NCBI GenBank assembly: GCA_947495795.1
Contig: CANMAI010000013.1
Span: 48,157 to 112,156, forward strand
DNA length: 64,000 nucleotides
Source: an uncultured Rhodobacteraceae bacterium
Lineage (GTDB): Bacteria > Pseudomonadota > Alphaproteobacteria > Rhodobacterales > Rhodobacteraceae
Direction of reading: 5' to 3'
Both the position numbers and the translations under genes were made by a program. Under the pieces are notes generated by a model. It saw nothing but the letters and a program-made list of their open reading frames with translations. It was not told the DNA's origin and did no database searches. Positions 10,525 through 20,899 of the stretch are shown here, one piece after another. How positions within the stretch are numbered: position 1 is the first letter of the stretch; the number at the start of each line of letters is the position of its first letter.

Positions 10525-10844
10525 TCTGAAACTTTATGACGTTTCGCTCAGAAATTGGAGCGTCAGAATCTTGCCCCGCTCTTGGACATCTGGAGGTAAG
10601 ACGTCTCAGAGTGGAGAACCGATAAATGGCGGCTCTCCATGACTGTTTCAGTATGGGTGAGGTTGCGGCGAAGCCAGGCAGTCTGAAACACTTCCAAATC
10701 GCGTGACGTGATCGCCATTGTGGAAATGGGCCGGCTGTTTTCAGAGCTGCAGAAAACGACGGGCAAAGTGGCCGCGCACTCAGCAATTGCTCAAACAGGT
10801 TTGCATCCTGACAAAGCGTTGAGCGCAAACCAGACAATCCAATC

Positions 10845-10873
10845 AAAAAAGCCGGGCAAACCCGCCCGGCTTT
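10845..10873 (-). terminator. rho-independent terminator of the MORN gene
   Basis: Perfect 7-bp stem gccgggc/gcccggc with a 6-nt loop. Read on the minus strand it is followed by a T6 run (the A-run at 10845-10850 on plus). It sits 20 nt downstream of the MORN stop. Confidence 0.7.
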
Positions 10874-10894
10874 CATGTACTTGATGGAAAAAAT

Positions 10895-12331
10895 CTAGTT
10901 GTTTGCGCCGGTCCTGTCTTCTGCCTCGGCGGCTTCAGCTTCATCCTTGCTGGCCTGTTCGCCGCGGGCCCAGTAGCCATCATATTCTTCGCCCGAAGCG
11001 TAGATCATTTTGCCGAGGCCCTGGCGTTGGCCTTTGGTGAAGAAGCCCTGGTATTTATCGCCGTTTGGATAGGTGGCTGTGCCTTCACCATCAATCTCGC
11101 CGCCTTTCCAGCCGCCCTGATACTTGAAGCCATCTGCCATTGTGATGGTACCTGCACCCTCGCGCTGGCCTTGAGCAAATGTGCCCTCATAGACTGTGCC
11201 ATCTGCATAGGTTGCTGTACCGTCGCCGTCCCGAAGACCGTCTTTCCACTGGCCGGAATAGGTGAATCCGTCCTGATACGTCATCGTGCCGAAGCCGTGG
11301 TTGCGTGCGTTCTTGAACTCGCCTTCATAAACAAGGCCGTTCTCGTATTTCGCGATGCCTTTGCCTTCGATCACGCCATCTACCCATCCGCCCTCATACG
11401 AGGAGCCATCGGCATAGGTGATCTTGCCTTCGCCGTGGGCAACATCATTGCGGAAATCGCCTTCGTAGGTTGAACCGTCTGGGTAAGCTACCTTGCCTGT
11501 GCCCTCGATGCGGCCTTCAATCCATTCACCTTCGTAGCGGTAACCATCTGTGCCTGTGAATACACCTGTGCCGGAGCGTTGATCGGCCACGAATGTGCCT
11601 TCGTAAACATCGCCGGAAGCGTATGTTGCGATGCCTTCGCCCTCACGCTGGCCATTGACCAGGGTGCCTTCATACTTGTCGCCATTGGCTTGGATCAGAA
11701 CGCCTGTTCCGTTGATCTGCCCACCAGCCCATGCGCCCGTATAGGTGAGGCCATCGGGCATTGTGAGTGTGCCTGTGCCCGCGCGTACGCCCTGGGAGAT
11801 CTGGCCTTCATAGATGGCACCATCGGGATACACGATCTTGCCTTCGCCATCCTTGATGCCGTTCACCCATGTGCCGGTATAAACATAACCGTTTGGCGAG
11901 GTCATTGTACCGGTTCCGTGGTGGACTGCCTCCTGGAATTCGCCTTCGTAGCGCACGCCATTGGCGTAAACGGCCAGACCGCGACCGCCGATTTTGCCTG
12001 CGACCCATTCACCCTGATAGGTGCCGCCATCGGAGAATACGATCTTGCCTGAACCTTCCGGACGTCCGTTTACGAATGTGCCAGTGTAAACAGAGCCGTT
12101 CGGGAACTTTGCAACGCCTTGGCCTTCAATGCGGCCATCGATCCACTCGCCTTCATACTCATAGCCGTTGGGCAATGTGTATTTGCCGGTTCCGTGCTGT
12201 TTACCGTCCTTGAATTCACCCGTGTAGACCCCGCCCGTATCGTACTGCTTGGTCTGAACTCCGCCTTCCTGTGCGGAAGCCGCTACGGCTGTGACAAGTG
12301 TAGTACCAATCACAAAGGATATATTTTTCAT
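10895..12331 (-). CDS. secreted MORN-repeat protein
   Basis: More than 15 tandem MORN repeats (YxGxxxxGxxxGxG pattern: YTGEFKDGKQHGTGKYTLPNGYEYEGEW...). Sec signal peptide MKNISFVIGTTLVTAVAASAQ if started at the internal ATG 12331. The track ORF extends to 12427. Confidence 0.7.
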   Translation of the reverse strand: MKNISFVIGTTLVTAVAASAQEGGVQTKQYDTGGVYTGEFKDGKQHGTGKYTLPNGYEYEGEWIDGRIEGQGVAKFPNGSVYTGTFVNGRPEGSGKIVFSDGGTYQGEWVAGKIGGRGLAVYANGVRYEGEFQEAVHHGTGTMTSPNGYVYTGTWVNGIKDGEGKIVYPDGAIYEGQISQGVRAGTGTLTMPDGLTYTGAWAGGQINGTGVLIQANGDKYEGTLVNGQREGEGIATYASGDVYEGTFVADQRSGTGVFTGTDGYRYEGEWIEGRIEGTGKVAYPDGSTYEGDFRNDVAHGEGKITYADGSSYEGGWVDGVIEGKGIAKYENGLVYEGEFKNARNHGFGTMTYQDGFTYSGQWKDGLRDGDGTATYADGTVYEGTFAQGQREGAGTITMADGFKYQGGWKGGEIDGEGTATYPNGDKYQGFFTKGQRQGLGKMIYASGEEYDGYWARGEQASKDEAEAAEAEDRTGANN

Positions 12332-12594
12332 TTTCAACACTGCGTTCCCTCGTTCCACCTTTGGCATCCTACCGGCACTCGGCGTTTGACCATTCTCTCT
12401 GCTATACGCGCGCACTACCAAACACAAAACCCTCGGCTGCAGAGATTATGGGCAACCAAAATTCATGACAACGCTTTTTATCATCAATTATGGCCAGCCG
12501 ATGGCAAGACCGTAACGCTTCTGCGGCGATCTCACGCTATTGCCCCCAACAGCGCTTCAGTATACCGCGAGCAGGCCGGAAATGGGAGTGCGGA

Positions 12595-14253
12595 ATGTCC
12601 GATCAGTTAAAAATCACGCTTGCACAGCTCAACCCGGTGGTGGGAGATCTGGCCGGGAATGCGGACAAGGCCTTTGGGGCATTTGAAGAGGCGAAGAAGG
12701 CGGGCTCGGACATCGTGGCTTTGCCGGAGATGTTTATCACCGGCTATCAGATACAGGATCTCGTGCAGAAGCCTGCCTTTGCACGGGATGCGCTGGCAGC
12801 CGTCGAGGCCTTGGCGCTGCGCTGCAAGGATGGCCCGGTGATGTTGATCGGTGGGCCGCTTTGGGAGGCGGACAAGCACTACAATGCCTATTTTCTGCTG
12901 CGGGATGGGCGGATTGACGGCGTTGCACGCAAGCATCACCTGCCCAACAATGCGGTTTTTGATGAGCTTCGGCTTTACACCAGTGGTGATATCTCCGGCC
13001 CCTTCAACGTGGGCAATGTGCGCATCGGCTGCCCGGTTTGCGAAGACAGTTGGCATGGTGATGTGGCCGAGACGATGACGGAAAGCGGGGCGGAATTTCT
13101 GATCGTGCCGAATGGTTCTCCTTATCATCGTGACAAGCTGGATCTGCGGATGGGCCATATCGTGGCGCGCGTGGTGGAGAACGGGGTGCCTGTTATTTAC
13201 CTCAATATGGTGGGCGGGCAGGACGATCAGATTTTCGATGGTGCCTCCTTCGTGGTGAACCCAGGGGGGGAACTGGCGGTGATACTGCCGCCGTTTGAGG
13301 AGGCTTATGAACATATTGTGATGCGGCGGGAAGCGGATGGTTGGCGCTGCGAGCCTGGAACCCGTGCGCCACAGCCCGATGCCTGGGAGCAGGATTACCG
13401 CGCGATGGTGGAGAGCCTGCGCGATTATCTCGGTAAGTCGGGATTTTCCAAGGTTCTCCTCGGCTTGTCGGGCGGAGTTGATTCGGCTTTGGTGGCCGCG
13501 ATCGCTGCCGATGCAATCGGGCCTGCGAATGTGCGGTGTGTGATGCTGCCCTCGGAATACACAAGTCAGGCATCTCTTGATGATGCCGCAGGTGTGGCCA
13601 AGGCGCTTGGCTGCCCGCTGGATACGGTGCCGATCAAGGCAGGGCGCGCGGCCATTCTGGAGACGCTGGCGCCCTTGTTCGAGGGTACGGAGCCAGGGGT
13701 AACGGAGGAGAACATCCAGAGCCGCTTGCGCGGGCTGTTGTTGATGGCGATCTCCAACAAATTTGGGGAAATGCTGCTAACGACGGGCAACAAATCGGAG
13801 GTGGCCGTGGGCTATGCGACGATTTATGGAGATATGGCGGGGGGGTATAACCCGATCAAGGATCTCTATAAAACGCGGGTGTTCGAGACCTGCCACTGGC
13901 GTAATACCAACCATCGCGATTGGATGATGGGGCCTTCGGGTGAGGTGATCCCCGTCTCTGTGATCGAAAAGCCGCCTTCTGCCGAATTGCGCGAAGATCA
14001 GAAGGATGAGGACAGTCTGCCACCCTACGACGTGCTGGATGTGATCCTTGAAATGCTGATCGAGGAGGATGCGAGCGTTCCGGAGATTGTGGCTGCCGGG
14101 TTTGACCGAGAGACGGTGAAGAAGGTGGAGCATCTGCTCTATATCTCGGAGTACAAGCGGTTTCAGGCAGCGCCCGGTACGCGGCTGACCAAGAAAGCAT
14201 TCTGGCTGGACCGACGCTATCCGATTGTGAACCGGTGGCGCGACCCCGGGTGA
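12595..14253 (+). CDS. nadE: glutamine-dependent NAD+ synthetase
   Basis: N-terminal nitrilase-like domain (MSDQLKITLAQLNP...) fused to an NAD synthetase domain with the PP-loop SGGVDS. RBS GGGAG upstream of ATG 12595. The track ORF begins earlier, at 12490. Confidence 0.85.
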   Translation: MSDQLKITLAQLNPVVGDLAGNADKAFGAFEEAKKAGSDIVALPEMFITGYQIQDLVQKPAFARDALAAVEALALRCKDGPVMLIGGPLWEADKHYNAYFLLRDGRIDGVARKHHLPNNAVFDELRLYTSGDISGPFNVGNVRIGCPVCEDSWHGDVAETMTESGAEFLIVPNGSPYHRDKLDLRMGHIVARVVENGVPVIYLNMVGGQDDQIFDGASFVVNPGGELAVILPPFEEAYEHIVMRREADGWRCEPGTRAPQPDAWEQDYRAMVESLRDYLGKSGFSKVLLGLSGGVDSALVAAIAADAIGPANVRCVMLPSEYTSQASLDDAAGVAKALGCPLDTVPIKAGRAAILETLAPLFEGTEPGVTEENIQSRLRGLLLMAISNKFGEMLLTTGNKSEVAVGYATIYGDMAGGYNPIKDLYKTRVFETCHWRNTNHRDWMMGPSGEVIPVSVIEKPPSAELREDQKDEDSLPPYDVLDVILEMLIEEDASVPEIVAAGFDRETVKKVEHLLYISEYKRFQAAPGTRLTKKAFWLDRRYPIVNRWRDPG

Positions 14254-14388
14254 GTGGAGTGCGCGACTGTGATTTGGCGTGCGGGCCTGCTGTGCTAGAT
14301 TTAACCCTCGGTGTGTTGGAGTTGGCTACCGCGCAGGAGGAAACAGCAATTGGCTTCTCGGGTGTTCACGTCTGCTGAAGTGCGGGAG

Positions 14389-14919
14389 ATGTCTTTCGGG
14401 ATGCAGATGTTCCTGTTTCTCGCCCTCGGCCAGCTTTACAAATATGCGCTTTTTCTGCCGACGCCCGACGGCTCCGCAATTGGCCCCCACGCGGTTTTCT
14501 TCGGGGCTCTGCTGTTCTCACCCTTCATCATAGCTCAGGTGCCGCCCTTGCTGGCATGTGTGCCGCGCCTGCTGCTGCGCCGGGAAAGCCGGGTGGAATT
14601 GCATTCCGGTGGGCTGATCTTTCACTATGACAGCGTGAAGCGCCCGCTTTTCGTGGAATGGGCCGATCTGGCCGAGTTGGAGCGCACCGCGTGGGGGCTA
14701 CGGTTCGAGGTGCGAAAGGGGGCTGATGTGACGCGTGCAATGCCATCCTATCAGGGCCAGTTCTGGCGCGCGCGAACTGCGCGGCCGGTCGCTATCAAGT
14801 ATCTGGGCCGTTGGCAGAACACGGCCGCATTGCGCGAATGCCTCTCGGCGGCGATTGCAGCGGGAGTGCGCGTTTCCGGATTTGAGGTGGCGGCTTCTGG
14901 AGATCTTCAGAGCGCGTGA
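14389..14919 (+). CDS. hypothetical membrane-associated protein
   Basis: ORF with two N-terminal hydrophobic segments (MSFGMQMFLFLALGQLY..., FFGALLFSPFIIAQVPPLLA). No recognisable motif. Start chosen at an internal Met of the track ORF 14311-14919. Confidence 0.35.
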   Translation: MSFGMQMFLFLALGQLYKYALFLPTPDGSAIGPHAVFFGALLFSPFIIAQVPPLLACVPRLLLRRESRVELHSGGLIFHYDSVKRPLFVEWADLAELERTAWGLRFEVRKGADVTRAMPSYQGQFWRARTARPVAIKYLGRWQNTAALRECLSAAIAAGVRVSGFEVAASGDLQSA

Positions 14920-15299
14920 TGATCCTGTGGATCATCGACCAGATTTTACCGGTTTCTTGCTGACTGGCGGGCAGCCCAAAACAGATCACCGGCTGCGTTG
15001 GTCTTCGATGCCCAAACCCTCTTCGTTTTTTTGGCCGGTAGGCGGAAATTCGCCGTTCGTTCGCTGCCGTACCGAGATTAAAGCGATTGAGATCCGTAGA
15101 ATAGCAATATAATTTTATTGCTTCTGCTGACAGTTTGGAACGGTTGACCGGACTGAGCGTGTGATATTTTCGCGCCAGTGTTTTGATCGAGCCTCATATT
15201 TGCCTGATTCCGCAGTTAGCGGAACGATTGACTGATATTTGGACAGTTTCTTCTCTAAAAGCTCGCCGTTAGGGTGCGCAAAACCAAACGGGAGTTACT

Positions 15300-16433
15300 A
15301 TGAGACTAACGACCCTTCTAACGACTGCTGCCTTGGCGGCTTTTTCTTCATTGGCATCGGCAGAAATCAAGATCGGAATGATCACCACACTTTCGGGTGG
15401 TGGTTCCTCGCTTGGGATTGATGTCAGGGATGGGTTCATGCTGGCGGTTGAGCTTTCCGGACGCACCGATATGACTGTGCTGATTGAGGATGACGGACGC
15501 AGTGTGGACACCGCCGTTGCGCTGGCCGACAGGATGATGGGGCAAGACAACGTTGACGTTCTGACCGGCATCATCTGGTCCAATCTTGCACTGGCGGTCG
15601 TTCCGAAGGTCGTTGAACAGGATGTGTTCTACCTTTCGCCAAACGCTGGCCCATCGGCCTTTGCGGGCGAGGGGTGTCATGCCAACTACTTCAACGTTGC
15701 ATGGCAAAACGACAATCTGCATGAGGCCGCAGCACCCTATGCGAACAAGCTTGAATACCGCCGCACCTTCATAATGGCGCCCGATTATGCCGCTGGCAAA
15801 GACGCACTGAGAGGGTTCAAACGCTTCTATGAGGGAGAACCTGCCGGCGAGATTTATACGGAATTGGGCCAGACAGATTATGCGGCTGAGCTTCAGCAGA
15901 TCAGCGCTTCGGGTGCTGACAGTGTTTACTTCTTTCTTCCCGGCGGGATGGGGATCAACTTCCTAAAGCAGTATGAAGCAAGTGGGATGGATTTGCCGGT
16001 AATCGGCCCTGCCTTTTCGTTTGATCAGGGGATCCTTCAGGCGGTGGGCGCGTCTGCACTTGGCATCGTCAACTTCTCCCAGTGGAGCAATGATCTCGGA
16101 AATCTGGCCAATGTGACGTTTGTGGAAGCCTTTGAGGCGAAATACGGACGGTTGCCCTCGCTCTACGCCAGTCAGGGCTATGATACGGCAAACCTGATCA
16201 TCTCTGCGATGGAGCGCGCTGATGTATCGGATATGGATGCTTTCAGATCCGCACTGAAAAGAGCGGATTTCAAGAGCACGCGAGGCGACTTCAAGTTCGG
16301 GAGAAATCACCATCCAATCCAGAATATCTACGCCCGTGAGGTTGTGCAGATCGGGGATGTGATAACCAACAAGACGGTGGGAACCGGAGCTATCGGACAC
16401 CGGGATGCCTACGGGATCGACTGCCCGCTGTAA
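15300..16433 (+). CDS. ABC transporter substrate-binding protein (LivK/branched-chain amino acid type)
   Basis: 377 aa with signal peptide MRLTTLLTTAALAAFSSLASA, and the leading motif EIKIGMITTLSGGGSSLG typical of Peripla_BP_6. No permease or ATPase genes are adjacent. Confidence 0.7.
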   Translation: MRLTTLLTTAALAAFSSLASAEIKIGMITTLSGGGSSLGIDVRDGFMLAVELSGRTDMTVLIEDDGRSVDTAVALADRMMGQDNVDVLTGIIWSNLALAVVPKVVEQDVFYLSPNAGPSAFAGEGCHANYFNVAWQNDNLHEAAAPYANKLEYRRTFIMAPDYAAGKDALRGFKRFYEGEPAGEIYTELGQTDYAAELQQISASGADSVYFFLPGGMGINFLKQYEASGMDLPVIGPAFSFDQGILQAVGASALGIVNFSQWSNDLGNLANVTFVEAFEAKYGRLPSLYASQGYDTANLIISAMERADVSDMDAFRSALKRADFKSTRGDFKFGRNHHPIQNIYAREVVQIGDVITNKTVGTGAIGHRDAYGIDCPL

Positions 16434-16521
16434 TCACGCCGCGGTTTACCTGACATGTACAAAGGCCCCCTTCCGGATATACCCGGAAGGGGGCCTTCGC
16501 TTTTCTGAACCTTCAGATCAA

Positions 16522-17439
16522 TCAGAGCATCATCTGATAGCTGGCGGGTACGTAGTGGAAGCCATCTCCGCGAGTATCAACAAAGCCCATTCCAGGGAAC
16601 GGCATATGGTAGCCGATAAAGGGCATCTTTTCCGCAGCCAGCATACCGAGCACCTTGCGGCGAGAGGCTGCGGCTGCGGCTTTATCCATATCAAACTTCA
16701 CTTCCCAGTCGGGATAGGCGAGGGACCAGACATAGTGGTTCGCGAGATCGGCTGTAATCAGAAGCTGCGCACCATCGCTGTCGAGCATATAGGTGGTGTG
16801 GCCAGGCGTGTGGCCTGTGGCCATCATCGCCGTGATGCCTGAGGTGACAGAGCCGCCGTCGTCCAGGAACGTCATCTTCTCGGCCATCGGTTCGACATTG
16901 CTCTTGAAGCCATCGTTATCGGCCCCTTTCCAGTGATCGAACTCTGCAGCGGCTGTGACATAATTGGCGTTAGCGAAGGTCGGGTTGCCATCGCTCATCA
17001 TGCCGCCGATATGATCGCCGTGCATGTGCGTGATGACGACAGTATCGACCTGATCCGCCGAATAGCCCGCAGCTTCCAGCGGTGTGGTTATGCTGGTGCC
17101 GGAGAGCCCTGTATCGAAGAGGATCAACTCTGATCCGGTGTTCACGATAGTGGGTGTGAAGAAAAACTGGACCTTGTCGGTGGGAATGAAATTGGCGGCG
17201 GAGGCTTCTGCGAACTCTTCGGCAGACGTGTTCATGCCGAATATGTTCTGCGGCTCTTCGACGGTGCGGTTGCCCGCCATCAGTGTGGTGACTTCCATCG
17301 AGCCGAGCATGAAGCGGTTGAAGTTGGCAGAGTTTGCGCCCTTCATTTCTGCTTTGGCACTTGCCGAAGTGGCGGCCAACCCTGCTGCGAGAGGGGCGGC
17401 GGCACCCGTGAGAAGAGCGTTGCGGCGGGAAAGCTTCAT
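16522..17439 (-). CDS. Tat-exported MBL-fold metallo-hydrolase (candidate lactonase)
   Basis: HMHGDH (HxHxDH) zinc motif. Twin-arginine signal MKLSRRNALLTGAAAPLAAGLAATSASA. Strong RBS GGAGGA 8 nt upstream of ATG 17439. Confidence 0.7.
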   Translation of the reverse strand: MKLSRRNALLTGAAAPLAAGLAATSASAKAEMKGANSANFNRFMLGSMEVTTLMAGNRTVEEPQNIFGMNTSAEEFAEASAANFIPTDKVQFFFTPTIVNTGSELILFDTGLSGTSITTPLEAAGYSADQVDTVVITHMHGDHIGGMMSDGNPTFANANYVTAAAEFDHWKGADNDGFKSNVEPMAEKMTFLDDGGSVTSGITAMMATGHTPGHTTYMLDSDGAQLLITADLANHYVWSLAYPDWEVKFDMDKAAAAASRRKVLGMLAAEKMPFIGYHMPFPGMGFVDTRGDGFHYVPASYQMML

Positions 17440-17797
17440 CGGTTGTATCCTCCGGTTGATGATAGGTGAAGATATAAGCGGACGAGCACCTTCGTCCACT
17501 GACGGAGGCGTGATGAACAGACCGGTTCTTATCCGGGATCAATCCAAAATCGGCGTTCAGGCCTTGTTCATGTGGCGTACAAACCACATTCAGGTGATCA
17601 TTTTCACATAATGTTGTCTTGATTACAGTTATTTAATGGGAGTTAGGTTCTAATCTAAAGGTATACATCGCACCAGGCCGGGCGTGCGGTGGCCCGATAA
17701 ACCCTCGGTTTATAGCCGGGGTGGGCATGTAAGGCCAGTTTCTGGCTCAGACACCCGGCGCTGAGCCAAGGGTGTGTGAAAGCCGGAGGGTTTGGCG

Positions 17798-17986
17798 ATG
17801 AGTGGTGCTGAGAAAAGCGACCAGAATACAAGAGGCCAGGGCGAGCAGCCTGAACGTCCGCAAAAGAGATTTTCTGCCGAGGAGCGTGCGGATTACCGTA
17901 CGGTTCTGGCGCGCTTGGCGACGGCGAAACTGCCGCAGCGAACCGCAAGCATAGGATCTCTGGAAGACAAGGGATTGCTCTTCTAA
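17798..17986 (+). CDS. small hypothetical protein (62 aa)
   Basis: ATG 17798 preceded by GGAGGG 7 nt upstream. Hydrophilic, charged product. Sits in an AT-rich divergent promoter region. Confidence 0.3.
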   Translation: MSGAEKSDQNTRGQGEQPERPQKRFSAEERADYRTVLARLATAKLPQRTASIGSLEDKGLLF

Positions 17987-18106
17987 CGTGAGATATCGGG
18001 AACGTATTCTCGGATTTTGATCCGCAAGGTGTAGGCCGACGGCTGATCCTGAGTGGACAAAGCATGGGCGCTGTGGAAGGGAAAAGGTGCACTCTAGGAG
18101 CACCTG

Positions 18107-19432
18107 ATGACCACGACCCGTTTCGCCCCGTCGCCCACGGGCTACCTTCACATCGGCAACATGCGCGCCGCGCTTTTCAACTGGTTGATCGCGCGCAAGG
18201 CTGGTGGCACCTTCATTCTCCGCATTGATGATACGGATGCCGAGCGTTCGGAAGAGCGCTACGTGGATGCGATCCGCGCTGATCTTGAGTGGCTCGGGCT
18301 GGATTGGGATCGGGAGGAGCGGCAATCCACCCGACTTGGTGTCTATGAGGCGGCGGCGGAGCGTCTGCGGGCCGATGGGCGGCTGTATGAGGCATTCGAG
18401 ACACCGGTGGAACTGGACCTCAAGCGCAAGAAACAACTGAATATGGGCAAGCCGCCGGTCTATGACAGAGCTGCCCTGTCGCTTTCTGACGCAGAGAAAG
18501 ATGCATTGCGGGAAGAGCGCGGTGGCCATTGGCGGTTCCTGTTAGAGCGCGAGCGGATCGAATGGGTGGACGGTATTCTCGGGCCGCAATCCATTGATGC
18601 AGCTTCTGTTTCTGATCCGGTTCTGATCCGGGGAGATGGGCAGATGCTCTACACTCTGGCCTCCGTTGTGGATGATACGGAGATGGGGGTTACGGATGTT
18701 GTGCGCGGCTCCGACCATGTGACGAATACGGCCACCCAGATCCAGATTATCGAAGCTTTGGGAGGCGGTTGCCCCACCTTTGCGCATCACTCATTACTCA
18801 CCGGGCCGCAAGGCGAGGCGCTTTCCAAGCGGCTGGGGACACTGGCCTTGCGGGATTTGCGGGATGGGGGCGTTGCGCCCATGGCGATTGTCTCGCTTAT
18901 GGCGCGGCTCGGCTCGGGCGATCCGGTGGAGCTTCGCGGTGCAATGGATGAGGTTATCGAGGGCTTTGATCTCTCGCGCTTTGGCGCCGCCCCGACCAAA
19001 TTTGATGCGGCCGACCTTGACCCACTGACGGCGAGGATCTTGCACGAGACCGCCTATGAGGACGTGGCGGGGCATTTGGCGGAGATCGGCGTGCCCGGAG
19101 ATATCGCCGCTGCTTTCTGGGGTGTGGTTCGGGAGAATATCGGCCGCATGAGCGAGGTGGCCGATTGGTGGGCGCTTTGCCGGGACGGAGCGGCGCCAGT
19201 GATCGAGGCGGAGGATGCTGAATTTGTGGCAGAGGCCTTGGCGGCACTGCCGGAGAAGCCCTGGGATGAAAGCACCTGGGGCGCATGGACGGGAGCCTTG
19301 AAGGCCTCCAGCGGGCGCAAGGGACGTGCTCTCTTCATGCCGCTTCGTAAGGCGCTTACCGGGCAGGCGCATGGGCCGGATATGGGTGCTTTGATGCCAC
19401 TTTTGCAGACTGTTAGGGCCCTTGAACGGTGA
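18107..19432 (+). CDS. gltX: glutamate--tRNA ligase (short, second-copy type)
   Basis: N-terminus TTRFAPSPTGYLHIGNMRAALFNW contains the class-I HIGH motif. 441 aa. Confidence 0.9.
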   Translation: MTTTRFAPSPTGYLHIGNMRAALFNWLIARKAGGTFILRIDDTDAERSEERYVDAIRADLEWLGLDWDREERQSTRLGVYEAAAERLRADGRLYEAFETPVELDLKRKKQLNMGKPPVYDRAALSLSDAEKDALREERGGHWRFLLERERIEWVDGILGPQSIDAASVSDPVLIRGDGQMLYTLASVVDDTEMGVTDVVRGSDHVTNTATQIQIIEALGGGCPTFAHHSLLTGPQGEALSKRLGTLALRDLRDGGVAPMAIVSLMARLGSGDPVELRGAMDEVIEGFDLSRFGAAPTKFDAADLDPLTARILHETAYEDVAGHLAEIGVPGDIAAAFWGVVRENIGRMSEVADWWALCRDGAAPVIEAEDAEFVAEALAALPEKPWDESTWGAWTGALKASSGRKGRALFMPLRKALTGQAHGPDMGALMPLLQTVRALER

Positions 19433-20823
19433 GCGAGCAGGCCAAGTTCCTTGAAGGGAGCCTGATGCGGCATGTGGTGGTGATGTCCACCACGTCTTCT
19501 CTGGGGCTGATGGCTGTTTTCATTGTCGATTTCGTGGACATGATTTTCATCTCCATGCTCGGCAAGGCCGAACTGGCGGCTGCGATTGGCTATGCCGGGG
19601 CGATCCTGTTTTTCACGACCTCAATCAGCATTGGCCTCGCAATCGCGGCCGGGGCTCTGGTGGCGCGCGCTTTGGGGGCTGGAACAGCTGCACGGGCACG
19701 GGAGCTGGCGAGCCATGTGATGGTGGCGGGGTTTGGGCTTGCGGCGGTGTTTGCGGCCCTTGTCTGGTGGAATTTGGCACCATTGGCCGCGCTTGTCGGG
19801 GCGGAGGGAGAGACGCTGGACCTCGCGGTCTCCTACCTCTCGATAATCATCCCTTCCATGCCATTTCTGATGCTCGGCATGGTCGGCGGTGCGATCCTGC
19901 GGGCGCATGGTGATGCAAAGCGGGCGATGTGGGCAACGCTGGCGGGCGGCGCGGTGAACGCTGTGCTCGATCCCATTCTGATTTTCGGGCTGGGGCTGGA
20001 ATTGCAGGGTGCGGCACTCGCCTCTGTTGCGGCTCGGCTGACGATCATGGTGGTGAGTTTGCTGCCAATTCTATGGTATTATGGAGGCTTCGCACCTGTG
20101 CGGATTGGACCGTTTCTGAAAGATGTGCGCCAGATCGGTGGTATCGCCTTTCCGGCCATGCTGACCAATGTGGCAACACCTGTCGGAGCCGCCTATGTGA
20201 CGCGGGAAATGGCGCAGTTTGGCGAAGAAGCTGTGGCCGGGATGGCCATTGTGGGCAGGCTGACGCCTGTAACCTTTGCCTTGATCTTTGCTCTTTCAGG
20301 GGCGATCGGGCCGATCATCGGCCAGAATTACGGAGCGCAGAAACCTGATCGCGTGCGCGAAGCCTTTCGCAACGGGCTGTTGTTTACAGGTGCTTACGTG
20401 GTTTTAGCGGCGCTTGTGCTGTTTCTTCTTCGAGAACCCATTGCAGCACTTTTTGATGCTGACGGCGTGACGCGGAGCCTGATCTTTCTCTTCTGCGGGC
20501 CTTTGGCGCTGGCTTGGTTTTTCAATGGGGTGATCTTCGTGGGCAATGCGGCATTCAACAATTTGGGCCATCCGTTTTACTCGACCACGATAAACTGGGG
20601 GCGAAACACGCTTGGCACGATCCCCTTTGTTGCGTTGGGGGGGTGGGCTTTTGATGCACCGGGAGTGTTGATCGGGCAGGCTGCCGGAGGTGTGATTTTC
20701 GCGATGATCAGTTGGGTGTTGGCACTGCGCATGATGGCGCGGCAGGATCCTGGTGAGTTGCGGGAGCGGGATGTGTTTTCGCGCCGTGCGCGGGTGATGC
20801 AGCTTTTCCACTTGCGGCGGTAA
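19429..20823 (+). CDS. MATE family efflux transporter
   Basis: 464-aa 12-TM protein with the duplicated-halves composition characteristic of MATE/NorM. GTG start overlaps the gltX stop. Confidence 0.7.
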   Translation: MSEQAKFLEGSLMRHVVVMSTTSSLGLMAVFIVDFVDMIFISMLGKAELAAAIGYAGAILFFTTSISIGLAIAAGALVARALGAGTAARARELASHVMVAGFGLAAVFAALVWWNLAPLAALVGAEGETLDLAVSYLSIIIPSMPFLMLGMVGGAILRAHGDAKRAMWATLAGGAVNAVLDPILIFGLGLELQGAALASVAARLTIMVVSLLPILWYYGGFAPVRIGPFLKDVRQIGGIAFPAMLTNVATPVGAAYVTREMAQFGEEAVAGMAIVGRLTPVTFALIFALSGAIGPIIGQNYGAQKPDRVREAFRNGLLFTGAYVVLAALVLFLLREPIAALFDADGVTRSLIFLFCGPLALAWFFNGVIFVGNAAFNNLGHPFYSTTINWGRNTLGTIPFVALGGWAFDAPGVLIGQAAGGVIFAMISWVLALRMMARQDPGELRERDVFSRRARVMQLFHLRR

Positions 20824-20872
20824 CCCGGCCGGCGCTTCCCTCAGCCGGGGCGCCCACCCGCCCGCCCCGCCC

Positions 20873-20898
20873 CCCGCCCGGGCGAAGCGCCGGGCGGG
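20873..20898. terminator. GC-rich hairpin between convergent MATE and CAP-domain genes
   Basis: 9-bp stem cccgcccgg/ccgggcggg with an 8-nt loop, then TT. Lies between convergent 3' ends. Confidence 0.45.
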
Positions 20899-20899
20899 T

